Shown here: positions 49,701 through 62,700 of the stretch, one piece after another
How the letters are laid out: each line of letters opens with the position of its first letter
Numbering within the stretch: the stretch's first letter is position 1
From: Ptychomitrium polyphyllum
Lineage: Eukaryota
DNA: 64,000 bases
Assembly (NCBI GenBank): GCA_973851085.1
Contig: OZ316776.1
Coordinates: forward strand, 12,462,001-12,526,000
Direction: 5' to 3'
Position numbers and translations under genes: made by a program
Notes under the pieces: model-generated
The model's database searches: none
The model's input: the letters and a program-made list of their open reading frames with translations, nothing else
Told to the model about the DNA's origin: nothing

Positions 49701-51248
49701 GTTGGTCAGTCGTGGTCGGTGGGGAGTGTGGAGGAGTGGATGTGAGGCTGATGGATGGGATGGTGACATTGCAGCTCCAGGACGAGGCAAGCACGGCTGA
49801 TGTCCAGCGCCTTCAAGCAACAGAGTCGAACGTGAAGCTGGTTAGTGAGCTTAGCTCCTGGAATTGCTAGTGAGGTTGGAGGGTGATGTTAGTCGTGGGC
49901 GCGTCGAGCGAAGCAGAGTTGGTGTGGGAACCCTGTGGTTTCGGTCCTTTTGATTCGAGCACGGATGAGCGGATGTGGTTGTGGGTTGTGTTGCGGGATG
50001 TTTGGAGCGACTAGAAGGGGCAGAAGTTTGCAGTGAGATGAGTAGGCAGATGGTGCGCAGAGGTGCGGATGTTTTCGTGTAACGGAGCGTGTTGTGGTTT
50101 GGTGCGTGCAGCTCCGTCGTCACTTCGAAACAGACACCCTGCCGTGGGTTCAACGGCTTCGTCAAAAGGAGCAGGATCTGCAACGTCGTCTGCTGAAGGT
50201 GCACAGTCCGTTCTGTTGGTCTTTGTCGGGGGTGAAGGAGTGCAAGTAGAAGGTGTATGGTAGGTACGAGGTTTTGAGGATGCGAATGTGAGAGGACGTG
50301 GCAGGCACGAGGGATGAAATGGTGGTGATGGCGCGAAGATTGGACGTGCATCCGTGCGATGAATAGGACGGGAGAGGTGTGAAGTGAAGCAGTTGATGTT
50401 TGTAGGGAAGTATGGGCGGTGGTTTCTGACGCAAGCAGAGCGAGTTTGCGTGGTGCAGATGATGAGGATGGTGGAAGCTCTGGAAGGCAAGGGTTTACAC
50501 ATGGCAGTGAGTCGAGGAGAGGCGAAGCTGGGTGATCACCTGAGGGGCCTGACATGGCAGGTGAGTTGTGCAGAGCGGGATGTGATGGGAGTTGGTGTGG
50601 GGTTGGGTTGTGGAGTGAGTTGATCACGGTGGGGCGTTGTTTCGGGTGCAGCTTCAAGGAGCGAGTGCAGAGTTGCCCCGAAGAGTGGAGGCGTTGCTGT
50701 CGACATCCCGGATGCAAGTTGGGGTGGGAAGCGGAACACAATCGGTGCTTTTGGGCCCAGGGAAGATCGACAATCAGAGTCTTGTTGAAATGCACGAGGT
50801 TCGGTTTCTGACTTCCATTTCTGCGGACATGATTCGAGTTTTCTGTGTCGATTGTGTCACACAAGCAGCAGAGGATGTGGACTTGGATTTATGTATTCCA
50901 TCTTTGGCTTAGTTTGATGCATCTGAAAGTATGGAATGGCTTTGGTCGAGGACGTAAGAGTTCGCGTAGTTACCGGCGATTTATTCTGTGGTGCATTTAG
51001 ATCAACGAATAGTTGCAGCCATGTCGCCAGGATTTGTTGAAGAAGTATTGGTGCCGTGTTGATTGCAGGTTCTGCGGCAACAAACAGAAGCAATCTCACG
51101 GCTGGCGATGGTGTTGAAGAGAGATTTGAGAGACATTGACATTATTCTTACGGAAGACACGGAGATGGTGGATGGGCACGTTGATGGTGATAACGGCAGA
51201 CATCGTGGGAGTCAGGCTCTTGTGGGGTTGACCAAGAGGTTCTTTTGA
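46732..51248 (+). CDS. NUP54: Nuclear pore complex protein NUP54; 11 exons: 46732-46844, 47605-47720, 48061-48395, 48653-48706, 48870-48929, 49111-49221, 49775-49840, 50112-50198, 50459-50560, 50652-50798, 51069-51248
   Basis: N-terminal FG/GLFG region, then plant Nup54 core LTTQMAPVAP..LPDREIQAIVDAY..FKYLLLSVTDP..KPVGVSDILWAEAMNKLEG..RERLWPELVHGFKDLSRRMKLQDE, and coiled coil VLRQQTEAISRLAMVLKRDLRDIDII. All introns are GT-AG and in phase. Confidence 0.93.
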
Positions 51249-54200
51249 GGATCTACAGAATTTTGTTGTGAGGTTGGTAATTAGGATGGTAGATTGCACT
51301 GGCGCTGGATTGTTGTCGACCCAGTTGTGAAATACATTAACTTAGTTGTGGAGCTAGACATTAGATGTGGAAAGAGTTTTTGATTTGTTCATCATGCCCA
51401 ACGTATTTCTGTGTGTTTATTTTCCACCAGAAAGCGCTCTTTTAGCAGTCTCCTTCTGTTCTCACCTAAGTTTCAAGTTTTATCTCTGGCTTATGCTTTG
51501 CATTGTTGTGGTTCTCTGGTTCCGGTTGTCACAATGTGGTTCTGCTTTTGGCCACGTATCTGATCGGGAAGCTTGACGTGCAGTGCTGTCGTCACCTTCT
51601 TCTATAGACTATAATCTTAGAAGCCACTCCGTTGAACAGGTTAATTGCGAGGTGATGCAGGCAACAGGATGTCGAAAGACCTATTTTTTTCTTTAGGTTG
51701 AAGGTAGTCTCGCTATCTTTTGCAGTAAATTAGGAATATCGAGGCAGTACCTTGAGAAAGCTCGGAAAAGCGAAAACCAACACATAAAATGTCTGTCATC
51801 TCTTCAGTAAGCAGATTAAGCAAGCTAAGGGAACCTCAAAAATTCCTTGAAATCTTGTTCACTGTCTGAATCTGAGTATCTGTTAAATACTTTGTGAAAC
51901 AATTTGCTACAGCAAGAAATATACCAGGCCGTTACACGTGTGGTTTATCCTTAGTACATGAGTACAGCACAGCTTCTTTACGAAAACGATGTTCTCTTAC
52001 ATACAAGAGCTTCCAGTAAGTCTCTCATGTTCTCACTCCTCCGATCCACCTCTGCGTTTTCTAATTCTGATCTTGTCATATTGCAAATATGTTTTCGGCC
52101 AGGACCTTCTTCCGAGGAAGTCACTGTTGATCAAGAGAGTAATGATCACTGGAGAGAAACTTTGGTCCAATCCGTCAGTTGCAACTTTACTAGTGGAACA
52201 CTGAAACGAAGGTATGGAATATGAGTCGTTGATTTGCGTATTGGCTACTAACTTGCGGTCTCTCTTTTGATGGATCCAACTAATATAACCAGGTCTTTCA
52301 ATAAAACTCAACTCCCAAGTAAGTGTGGAGGAGATGAACTGAGTCCAATCCTAATGCCTCTGCCATTGCATAGTGGCCCACATTCAGTTCAGGGTGCGTA
52401 CTCGATTAAGCACGTTAAAACAGCTTCAAACCTCTTTTGAGGTTTTCTGGGATTGGATTCGTGCAAAATTCAGGCTTATAAGAATTGATAATATGGACTC
52501 AGCTAAGAATACAATGATATAAAGGTATTCGAATTAGCCTACCGAGATGATTCATACGGACATGGCCACCGGTCAATGGCAATTCAGCAATACCACTCCC
52601 ACCTGCGCCATTTCAGCAGATCTTTCGCCCATGAGCAAAATTATTAATCACTACACAAGCCAAGCCTTGAATGAGTTAGCTCCCGTCATTAAAACCGCAA
52701 GGAGTCACTGCAATACCAATAGCTACAGGCCATCACCAGAAACTGCTAGGGCAATTGATCGAGGAAAAGCCGGCACCGATGTCAAAAGCATCAATGAACT
52801 CGACCATCTGATTTAACTGGTTGTCTTAAGAATGTCATTAAAGACCTAGGTCCAGCTTCACTCGGAGAGGAACATGTAATTAGCGATACATTCGTGTAAC
52901 CTCATTCACAGCAAAGTAGGCCATTAAAAAACAACAGAGTATTGATTGTAGATCATTTTAAGGGTCTCTTAAGTCGGACCCTGATTCATCTGGGGCTCTG
53001 TAGCTAATATGCAATTCCCTGCGTGATTTCAGTGTGAGCCTCAGTTTTCCTCTCATTCTCAGTTTTGACATGTGTAAAACATCACCCTCTAAAAGAGAGT
53101 AACACGTATAGACATGTAGCAAGTTACTTTGAAGCTCATCCTCTAAATCTGCTCATTCTAAATATTCAAAAGATGGAAGATCACAATTTTTGATCTTGAA
53201 TATTGTATACATTATTTTGCCAAATAAAATATAGGACACGTATATCTTATTCAATTTTAGATGTTGTTCCAAAAATCTAAATCCATATTCCTACTCCAAG
53301 CATTTTGTGTTTTCTAAGCATTTGAAAAAATACTCTCCTTTAACTTAATATGTTTTTATTTTTGGTAATAACAAGTTCAACATGGAACCTCAAGCTTTGA
53401 ATTTTGTATCAAAACAAAGCTATAGCAATGGAGCTTGTAATGAAATCATATCTAATTTTGAATGTGTAAAATTGTGCACACAACAAATGATTTTAGAACA
53501 AGTTATAATTGTTGTAGTGTGATATGGTGATAGAAGAACTTAAAGATTATTTGTAATTTGGAATTGACACCTCACTAGTTCCAAATAGACAGATTTATTC
53601 AAGTATAGAAACTTATTGTTATAAACAAATCATGTAACTATAGTAGGGATGTGCTATTATGTGAGCAGTGAGCTATGAGATGTGAGCATTGAGCACTAAT
53701 ATGTGAGCAATGACTCCATAATTTAGGAGAAAGTAGTATCTAAAACCGTGGAAATAAGAATTAGGAAATTTGTAAAAAGAAACAATTTTGAATGATATGT
53801 GGAAAATAAACATGTAAATGAAATAGTTAAACATCCCATTACTGGAGAAGATATTTGTAGTTAAAGAAGCAGGATCCTCTAACCACAATTAATTTATATC
53901 ACCTTAATAACATCAATGCTAGACTTGACTTAGCTATGAATGTTTTTTAGGATTGAAGAAATACTATTAGAAACAATAAGTTCCTTTTGCTGATAGAGAA
54001 CACATGATATTACAATTTCTTGCTTTTGTTCAACTTTGTGCAAATGGGCTCCACTATAAAGTATTATAGAATCTTAAAGAGTAGTACATATATATTTTTG
54101 AATTTATTCCGCTTAATCTAGGTTTGTAGCCTTCAATCTCCTCAACATTTAGACCTTTTGCTTACTTGGCATCATGAGCCAAAATCTTTTAAATGTTGAA

Positions 54201-54399
54201 GAATAAAAATCTTACTGTTGAATAGGCCTTGCTTCCAATGGAGTTGCCTTGTGGAATAGTGAATATTGTTGTAGAACTAAACACTTTTATTGCAAGCAAT
54301 TTTTGTTGAACTTAGATTTTATAAGTTTTAATTATAGAATCAATGTCCATAAAAGTATGAGCATCATGTGATGCTTTTATTGTTTTGACATTGCTTGTA

Positions 54400-57300
54400 G
54401 CAATTCTAATAAAAAACATATATTTGTACTAAAAACTATCAAAGTTGATTTTTTAATTGAAATTTGTAGGAAGGGTATCAATTGTATTGCAATGAATTGT
54501 TACAAAACAAAGCTTATATACGTTCAAGTATAAGAAACCAAGAAAGGATTTGGACTTTAGAGAAATTTTAAGCAAAGAGAAAAAAAAGAATTTATTATGC
54601 TTAAATGCAAGTAATTTAGCTTTTGTAATTTGAAAAGATCTTCTTAGTTCAATTGAACTTAAAGTCTAGGCCATGATTATAAGAACTAATGGAATGATGA
54701 AACCTTATAGAACATCTATTATTTCACATGGATAAATTGCAACTAATTGTAGCATCTATATTCATTCTACATGAATGAATGTAATAATAGAAAACTTGAC
54801 CTTGCTCATTTTAAATTTAAGGAACTTAAAACTTGTCCTTCTAATCATGTCTAATACAATGAATTACTGAACTTAAATAAATTGTCTAAACAATTGGCAA
54901 ACTTCACATTGAGTTCTAAGGTTTTACATATCAAATATGTGATTTTTAATTTATTGCTTAAAGATTGAATCGCATAATTTTGATCAAACTTCAATACTTG
55001 GTAAAAACCAACTTTATGAAGTCAAAACTCATATGAAGGTTTTCTATTTCTTTATGCCTGTTTATCTTCAAAATGTTGGATTTATCTACCATGTTGTGGC
55101 TCAGATTTCCTCTTTAGCAAAACTAAAATGACATAACAATAATAAAAGTGCAAATTGTAGTTGTCAAGCATTTATACATTCTTGCAATACAATGTACAAT
55201 GAAAATGGTCCAATTTAACGTACATTGCTAAAAGCCAATAGAAATTGAAAAAAATGTCTAAATCATTTAAAGAATTATTTCTATTGGCATTGTCTAACTT
55301 AATGTTGAAAATTAATAAAATAGAGTGAGAAATCCAAAAGTGGTGGCAACCTTATTACATACCTTTATATAATTTAGAACCTTAATTGTCAATTGGAAAA
55401 AAACAATCATTGGACCTTTTTGTGACACCAATACAAAACAAACTCATTTTGACAAGATTTTTACTCCAATATTTGTATATTGAGTATCCCCAATTTTTTT
55501 AAAGCTTCACATCCATGCAAACTAGGATCAATCCTTTGTTTGTTTTAGAACCTGTAGTTTTTTGAAAAAAACCTACTCTTTGATAATGGAGAGGTTGTCT
55601 AAACAAATAGAGATATCTGCAAGTAAAGGCAAGAATGCATACAAGAGTAGACAAACCAAATAAGAATAGAAAATAAATGAAAACAAAACATATTTTATTA
55701 ACATAAGTAGAATAGAACATGGTAGTTAGGCTAGAAATCTAAACAAATTGCAAAACCAAAAGCTTAAGTGTAACTACATTCATAAAGTTAACTAGGCTGC
55801 AGTAGAATTGCTGCTGTTCTTTGTATTAAAACTCTCTATAGCTTTTACATTCATAAATTTTTTGGCATGAATATTGTACAAACAAAGAACACAATAAGCT
55901 ATTGAAGAAAGAATTACTTCAAAGGTTGCTATCATTTTTTAAACATAGCAAAGAAGCGTAAATGTAGATGGAGGGCTCAAATTTTCATATTAAAGGAACA
56001 ATGGAATAGGTAATTGAGACAAAACTTTGCATAAAATATAGAATATAAAGAATGATTAAAAAAAAATAGCCATAAAATGTACACAGACAAAGTAGATGAA
56101 GAAGAAGAGACAAATTTACACACAAACAATCCAATTGCATTTTGGCTTCTTTGTAGGGCGTTGATCCACAAAAGATCTAATTATGGTCTTTTTTTTCTTT
56201 GCAGCATTAGGCGGAAATTGAGGAACATCCAAAGACTTGAAGAAGGCTTCGAAGATAGCAGAATCATCCTCAAAAGTAAAAATGTGCTAGCCGATGGCAT
56301 GACAAGCACGGATACAAGCTTCTATAGATATATAAAAAGAAAGAAAATAAATAATTAAACACATGAGAATAAAAAGGAAACACAAGGAAGGTGTTAAGAA
56401 AAAAAACATACCAAAAATGCATTTGTAGAAGCCTTCCTATCAAGGACTATGTCTTCAGGTTTGAAAAAGTATTCAATGAGTATCTGAATGAAGATTGGAT
56501 CTTTTTCTTGAGCGTCTCACCATGGCATTGTATTATGTATGAGTTGGCTAGATTAAGTGGTTAAATTGAACAAGGTGTTATTCTCGGAAAGAATATGAGT
56601 AAGCCGTTTCTTCCACCTTGCAAAGGACCAAGCGGTCATTAGCATGGAAGAGAAGCAATGCGGCATCATTATAGAAATAAGCATTAACAAACTCAAAAAT
56701 GGATTTTACATAGCTTGCAAGTTGCGAATTTCAGAGAAGAACCACTCATAGAGGCTTCAAGATTCAAGGAATTGGCAAGTTTTCTAGAATGTCTACAATT
56801 GGGTGGTCAATGCCAAAATTCTTACACTTTTGAAATAAAACACAACGTCGTTGGCTTGTTCATCTAAAATATTGAAATGGTAAGAGAATTAAAGAGATTC
56901 AAACTAAAAGAGAATAGAAATTTACACAAGAATAGAAAACAAATGACAAAAATTACCTTAGTAATGAACTCTTGAATTTGAATCTAAAGAAGGTTCAAAC
57001 CAAAGGGTTGTTTCAAAGTTTCCATGGTGACAAACAATGAAGAATTCCAAATGAAAAAATGTGATGGAAGGATAAAATCTAAAAAAGTCGAGGAAGTAAA
57101 AATTTGATGCTATTTTTTCCTTTGTAGAACCTTGATGGTGGTTTGCAAGATATTAAAAGAGAAGGAGTCCGCAATTGGGTCATTGAGAGTGAGTAATGGC
57201 CTTATGTTTGGTAGAATGTTTTCTTGAGCTTCCAATGCTGCCTTCTCATGCGCTGCCTTAAAAATCCACTTTCTCTTTTGAATATAAGGGCCACCTTCAA

Positions 57301-58430
57301 AGAATGTAAAGAGAGGCGCCTCAAAAAGAAGGTCATCAATTGCATTACTAAAGTCTATGGCAATAGAAGCATTACCATCAAGCAAAGACCAAAGGCTAAC
57401 CTCTTCATCAAGCATGGAGTTCAATGGACACTCTAGATACCATTTCAAAGCCTCAAGATGTCGGCGTGGAAACTTTTTCAATTGATTGGCATTAAAATTG
57501 CACATGTTGAAGGAAGCTTGAACCTAGACAAGAAAGAATGGTAAAAGATTGTAAAAAATGTCCACACTGAAGATGACAAAGAAATAGAAATGAAATTGAA
57601 AAAATTAACCTATAAATAATTTTCTTGTCAGCCAATTGAGTGCTAGAAAGTTGTTAAAGATGGAGATGTTTAAAAATGCGAGCTTGATGCTATCATGGAG
57701 AAAGAGTGAAAGGCCTATTATCAAAATAGAACATGACATCCTTCTACATAGTCAATTGGCTGCAAAATCTCTTGAAAAGCCATCAAGTTGATGGCAAGGA
57801 CTCCATTGTTGATTTCTTCAAAGTGGCTAAAAATATAGTCTTCAAGCTAAAATTAAAAAAATATTACAATTTACATTTGAAAAACAAGTAAGAAGATAAA
57901 GAAATAAAAAGAACGTTATAAAGTAGAATTAACTAGGCCCAAAAAAAGTCTTAAATCAACTGAGCATCCAAAATACTCTCCTTGACATCTTCAAGTGGAA
58001 AACGTGATGTCGCTTTAAGCATAAAGCAAGAGTTTCCACCAATCTAGCTACTTGGCTGTATAATCTACCTTCATTGCAAAAATAGCCACCTTCTAAAGTT
58101 TTTCAATGGTCATCTCCAGTTTCTTAAAATGGCTAAAGTGATGATTGATTTGTAGCGCAAAAAAAAAAAAAAAACACAAAGAAATATAAAAAATACAATA
58201 CCAAAAAAAATAATATTTTTTATCTTAGAAAAAAGTCTTTACCATTCTTTGAGTTGTTCATTGCAAAGTACTTAAGGAAATCCTTTGTATTGATGAACTT
58301 AATAGCTTTGTTAGTGGCAATTGTCATAGCTTGCCATATACCTTTTGCAAACTTCTCATTCAATAGCATCTTCTTACTACTTCAAAATGGCCTCATTGGA
58401 AGTGTGGACAATGTCTTGCTATTTATGATG
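54400..58430 (-). pseudogene. Decayed, apparently intron-containing coding remnant of unknown family (possibly transposon-derived); limits approximate
   Basis: Residual 131-codon ORF at 57110-57505. Other coding-like blocks (e.g. ~57935-58132 HFKKLEMTIEKL*KVAIFAMKVDYTAK*LDWWKLL) are interrupted by stops and separated by blocks that are T-rich on the minus strand with GT/AG-like ends. Very AT-rich. Confidence 0.35.
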
Positions 58431-58491
58431 AAAAAAAAAGAAAGAAAAGGGTTTGGCACCAAGTGATCAATGAATCAATACTACCCAAATA

Positions 58492-58700
58492 TATTAAAAA
58501 AGTATGTTTGGCGTCAAGCACTTTTTTTCAAAGATTTTCATTTATACTCTTGTAGTCTATTAGTGCACATAGGCAATAAATTTTCTCATTGCAAAAGTAT
58601 TGAAAAAGAATGTTTGGCGCTAAATACTCTTTTTTAATGATTTTAATATATACTTTTGCATTCTACTTGTGCATATAGCCATTAAAATTTTTTATTCCAA
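58492..58700. repeat. Diverged ~106-bp tandem duplication
   Basis: tatt(a/g)aaaaag(t/a)atgtttggcg..tatact(c/t)ttg..gtgca(c/t)atag occurs twice (tgtttggcg at 58505 and 58611). Confidence 0.7.
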
Positions 58701-59732
58701 AGAGCTAACGATTAATAAGAACTTGTTACAAAGACTAGAACAAGGCAAGATATAATATGATCCACAAGTTGTATTGGCAAGACTAAGGAAATACGTTATC
58801 TTACTTCGTATTTATACTATGACGCTTGTATCTCCTAGGATACTTCTAAAGAAGCTTCTTACAAGGCTAAAGAATGTTCTGCAAGTCTATAGAACCTTTC
58901 TAAAAGTTTCTTAAGATGTTGGAACCTTCTTAAGAAGTTTCCTAACGAGGTAGAACCTTCCTAGGAAGTTTTCTAAGGTGATGGAATCTTCATAGGAAGT
59001 TGTTTCAAAAATTACCTAAAATGATTGAATCTTCCTAGGAAGTTTCCTAAGGCGGAGGAACTTTCCTACGAAGCTTTCTAAGGACATAGAAAGGCTATAG
59101 AGACAATTAAAAGTATTCTAAGAAGCTATTATAATATACTAGAAAATTCAAAAATGTTCTAAAGATTATGTTGCATGATCTATGTCCTTGACAAAAGGAG
59201 CTTTTTTTATGGCTTGCTTGTCACATCTCTACAAATTCCAAAATTTGTCAAAGAAGTGAAGCAACATATTCTATTTGTTATTCTTTGTCCACTGGTTCAA
59301 TTGGTCCTTACAAGAAATGCTAATGACCACCAGTCAAGATTTTTGTTGTTGAAATGTTCCAACTCAAGATTTAATCTTGATTAAGTCCTTCAAAACATCC
59401 TCCAAATAGAAACTTAGGTCCTTTAAGAGTGACTCTCCAATTTCTAACAAGATGACTAGAGCGCAAGCATCTGAATCAAAATTAGAATGTGAAGGGCGAC
59501 TAGCTAATACTTCTATACAAGGTTGCATTCAACATTGGAATGTCTCTTTCATATCTTGGCTTAGATTCCTCCGATACTAATGACTAAGAAAGTTGAGTTG
59601 GTTCAACAGATATTGTTGTTGAAGAAGGCACAGCCGATTGTTCTTCACGCATATCCATAATAACACAAAGATTTAATATACTAGCTAAGATCTAAAGATG
59701 ATCTATCTTATAAATGATACTGCATACAATTG
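58695..59732 (-). mobile_element. Truncated Ty3/gypsy copy: partial LTR (58695-59193) plus 3' internal region (59194-59732)
   Basis: The LTR part aligns with the LTR at 59733-60365 and ends in ..tgaca. The internal part aligns with 60396-60435 plus 61564-62060. Confidence 0.85.
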
Positions 59733-62700
59733 TGTTAGGGACACAAGAAACAAGAAGCAGAAACGAAGTGTTTTCCAAGAATTAGCTTCCAAAGAGCTAA
59801 TGATTAACAAGAACTTGATATAAAGACTAGAACAAGGCAGAATTCAAGATGATCCACAACTTGTGTTGGCAAGACTAAGGAATACCTTGTCTTGCCTCCT
59901 ATTTATACTATGACATTTGTATCTCCTAGGATACTTCTAAAGAAGCTTCCTATAAGGCTTAAAAATGTTCTAGAAGTCTAGGGAACCTTCTCAAGAAATT
60001 TTCGAAGATGTTGGAACCATCCTAAGAAGCTTCCAAGGAATTGGAACCTTCTATGGAAGCTTCCTAAGGTAGCGAAACCTTCTTAGGAAGTTTCCTAACG
60101 AAGTAGAACTTTTCTAGGAAGTTTCCTAATATAATGGAACCTTCCTAGGAAGTTACCTAAGATGATAAAAGCTTCCTAGAAAATTTCATAAGGTGGAGGA
60201 ACTTTCCTATGAAGCTTCCTAAAGAAGAGGAACTTTCCTAGGAAGCTTCTAAAGAACATGGAAAGACTATGGAGACATCAAAAAGTATTCTAAGAAGCTA
60301 ATATAGTATATTAAAAGGTTTTAGAATGTTCTAAGGACTATGTTGCATGATCTATGTGTGTGACATCACCTCCCCATTTAGCGACGAGTCCCATGAGGAG
60401 CTTTTTTATTGGCTTACTTATTACATTTCTACAAATATCGCGCACCTCTCTTTGAAGAGTGCCCGCAACACTAAGGGCACAAGGAGGACCCTAGAATGAC
60501 GTCCGAAACTTGTGGTGCCGATAATGAGAGGAACCGAGTGGGCCTAGCATGGGAAGGACCCCTAGGGGGAGAAACATCCTTGCCCATGTAGACCGAGGGC
60601 CACAAAGGATAGATTGTAGGCATTGGAGAAATCACAAAGAGCTGATACTAGAATGCTAAAGATTGCCCAAATCGGACAAGGGAGCTAAAAGTTATGGCAT
60701 CCCAAAGTTGCGGTTGCCAAGGGGCTGTTCTGGACTGTGGCAGCCCTACACAGTAACTGTACTGGAGTGGAACAGTCCAGGGACCTTGGGAGAGGCGTAT
60801 CTTCCACAATACTAACTCAAATTGGACGTTTGAGGAATCTATCGGCATTTACGCGAAGAGTAAATGACGACAGAGTGGTTGTTTGATACATTCGGGCACC
60901 GGATGAGGAAGATATGGCTCCTTGAAGGTCCGTTGGGAGTTTTGGAGGCTTCCAGCGGTTAAGTTCCAAGGGAGATCGGGTAGTCTTTCAAAACTTTAGG
61001 TGTGTCGGGGTTCAGCCAGCTACAGAGGGCTAGGGGGCTTGCCAAATCCCATAGAGAGTACTATAAGGGAGGGCTGGTCCCCCTCCCCACTCCCCTAGTG
61101 TCCCGGTAGAGACCAAGGGTGAGTCCTGGTTGATGGAGCTAATGTTGGAGCTTCACCACGGGGACTTCCACACCATTGTGAGCCGGAAGATGGCCGGTTT
61201 CACGGAGGAAACTAGCACGTTCAAAAGGGTACGCTTGTTACCACTAAGTTGGGGTGGTGTCTTCACGTTGGCACCATAATGGCCCAAGGTAATTTTAGGA
61301 TCACATGGGGACCATGAGTGGTGGTGAGGAGACACCACTAAGTGCGGTTAAGCCGTGTAGAATGGAAGTAATATTAAGTGAGGCCTTGGACATGAATGGA
61401 AGTCTGCACTCAACCATTGGCTACTAATAAATTGGGTATCCTAAGGGAAATGGTATAAAGACTTGGAAAGTGAGAATGGGGGTTAACCATGTGCATATGG
61501 GGGTATATAGGGTTGATTCGTGTGACGCTTGCTAAAGTGCGTTACAAGGGTTGCGACAACAAATTCCAAAATTTGTCAAAGGAGTGAAGCAACATATTCT
61601 GCTTGTTGTTCTTTGTTCACTAGTTCAACTGGTCCTTGCAAGAAGCACCAATGGCCACCAGCCAAGACTTCTATTGTTGAAATGTCCCATCCCAAGATCT
61701 GATCTTGATTAAGTCCTTCAAAATACCCTCCAAACAAGATTTTGGGTCCTCCAGGAGTGTCTCTTCCAATTTCTAACAAGATGACTAGAGCGTGAGCATC
61801 TAAATCAAGACTAGAATGTGAAGGGCAACTAGTCAATACTTTTGCACAAGGTCGTACTTGACATTGGGATGTCCCTCCTATATCTTGACTTAGATCCTCC
61901 GTTACCGAGGGCTAAAAAAGTTAAGTTGGCTCAATAGATGCTGTTGTTGATGAAGGCATGGCCGACTGCTCTTCACGCATATCCATGATAACACGAAGAT
62001 TTGACATACTGGCTAGGATCTGGAAATGATCTATCTTGGAAATAATGCTGCATACAATTGGAGATTTGGATATCTCTCTTCCCTTCTTATACTTGTCTAT
62101 GAAGGAAAAACTTCTCTGTGAAGCTAACGGCTGCTGATGACACATCATCACTGACCTGGTTTTTGAGGATATCTTTGATGAAATTTGCATACCTTCTCGG
62201 ATGCATTTGTTACATTCGTTGAAGGTTCCCATGTTCGGTCATTGATGCCATATCCTTGCCAATGTATAAGGTACTCCACACGTCCGTTCTTGGTGCGTGA
62301 ATTTAAGATCTCTTCCACTTCATATTCAATTTTATTATTGATTTCCAGCGGAGGAGGCAGAGGGACAATTCTCTCTGGTCAACATGATTTGTTATAGGTT
62401 TCCAACAATGATACGTGGAATAATGGATGAATTTGCATGCTTGGTGGTAGCTTTAGGTGATAACTAAGCGGATTTATTTGTTTGTTGATTTCAAACGGTC
62501 CCAGCCTTTGACAGTCCAACTTCTTTGATGGTCTTTTTGTCTGTATATTTCGTCGTAGAAGCCATACAATATCTCCAACCTTAAACTTTGGATGGTCCTT
62601 TTTATGGCGATCTGCATAAGTTTTGTAACGATCTTGAGCTTGTTGTAACTAGAAAGTAATTTCTTGATGGATTTTAGGAAGTTGAATTGCAAAATCCTTT

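Noticed and set aside
46129..50864. Many 100-337 aa ORFs on both strands around NUP54
   Set aside because: GC-rich, skewed introns are poor in stop codons. The spliced NUP54 model explains the coding signal.
695..51248. Apparent trafficking/transport theme (COG5, GPR107-like, MyoB, NUP54, NDT) as a functional cluster
   Set aside because: These are unrelated housekeeping pathways in mixed orientation, with no evidence of co-regulation.
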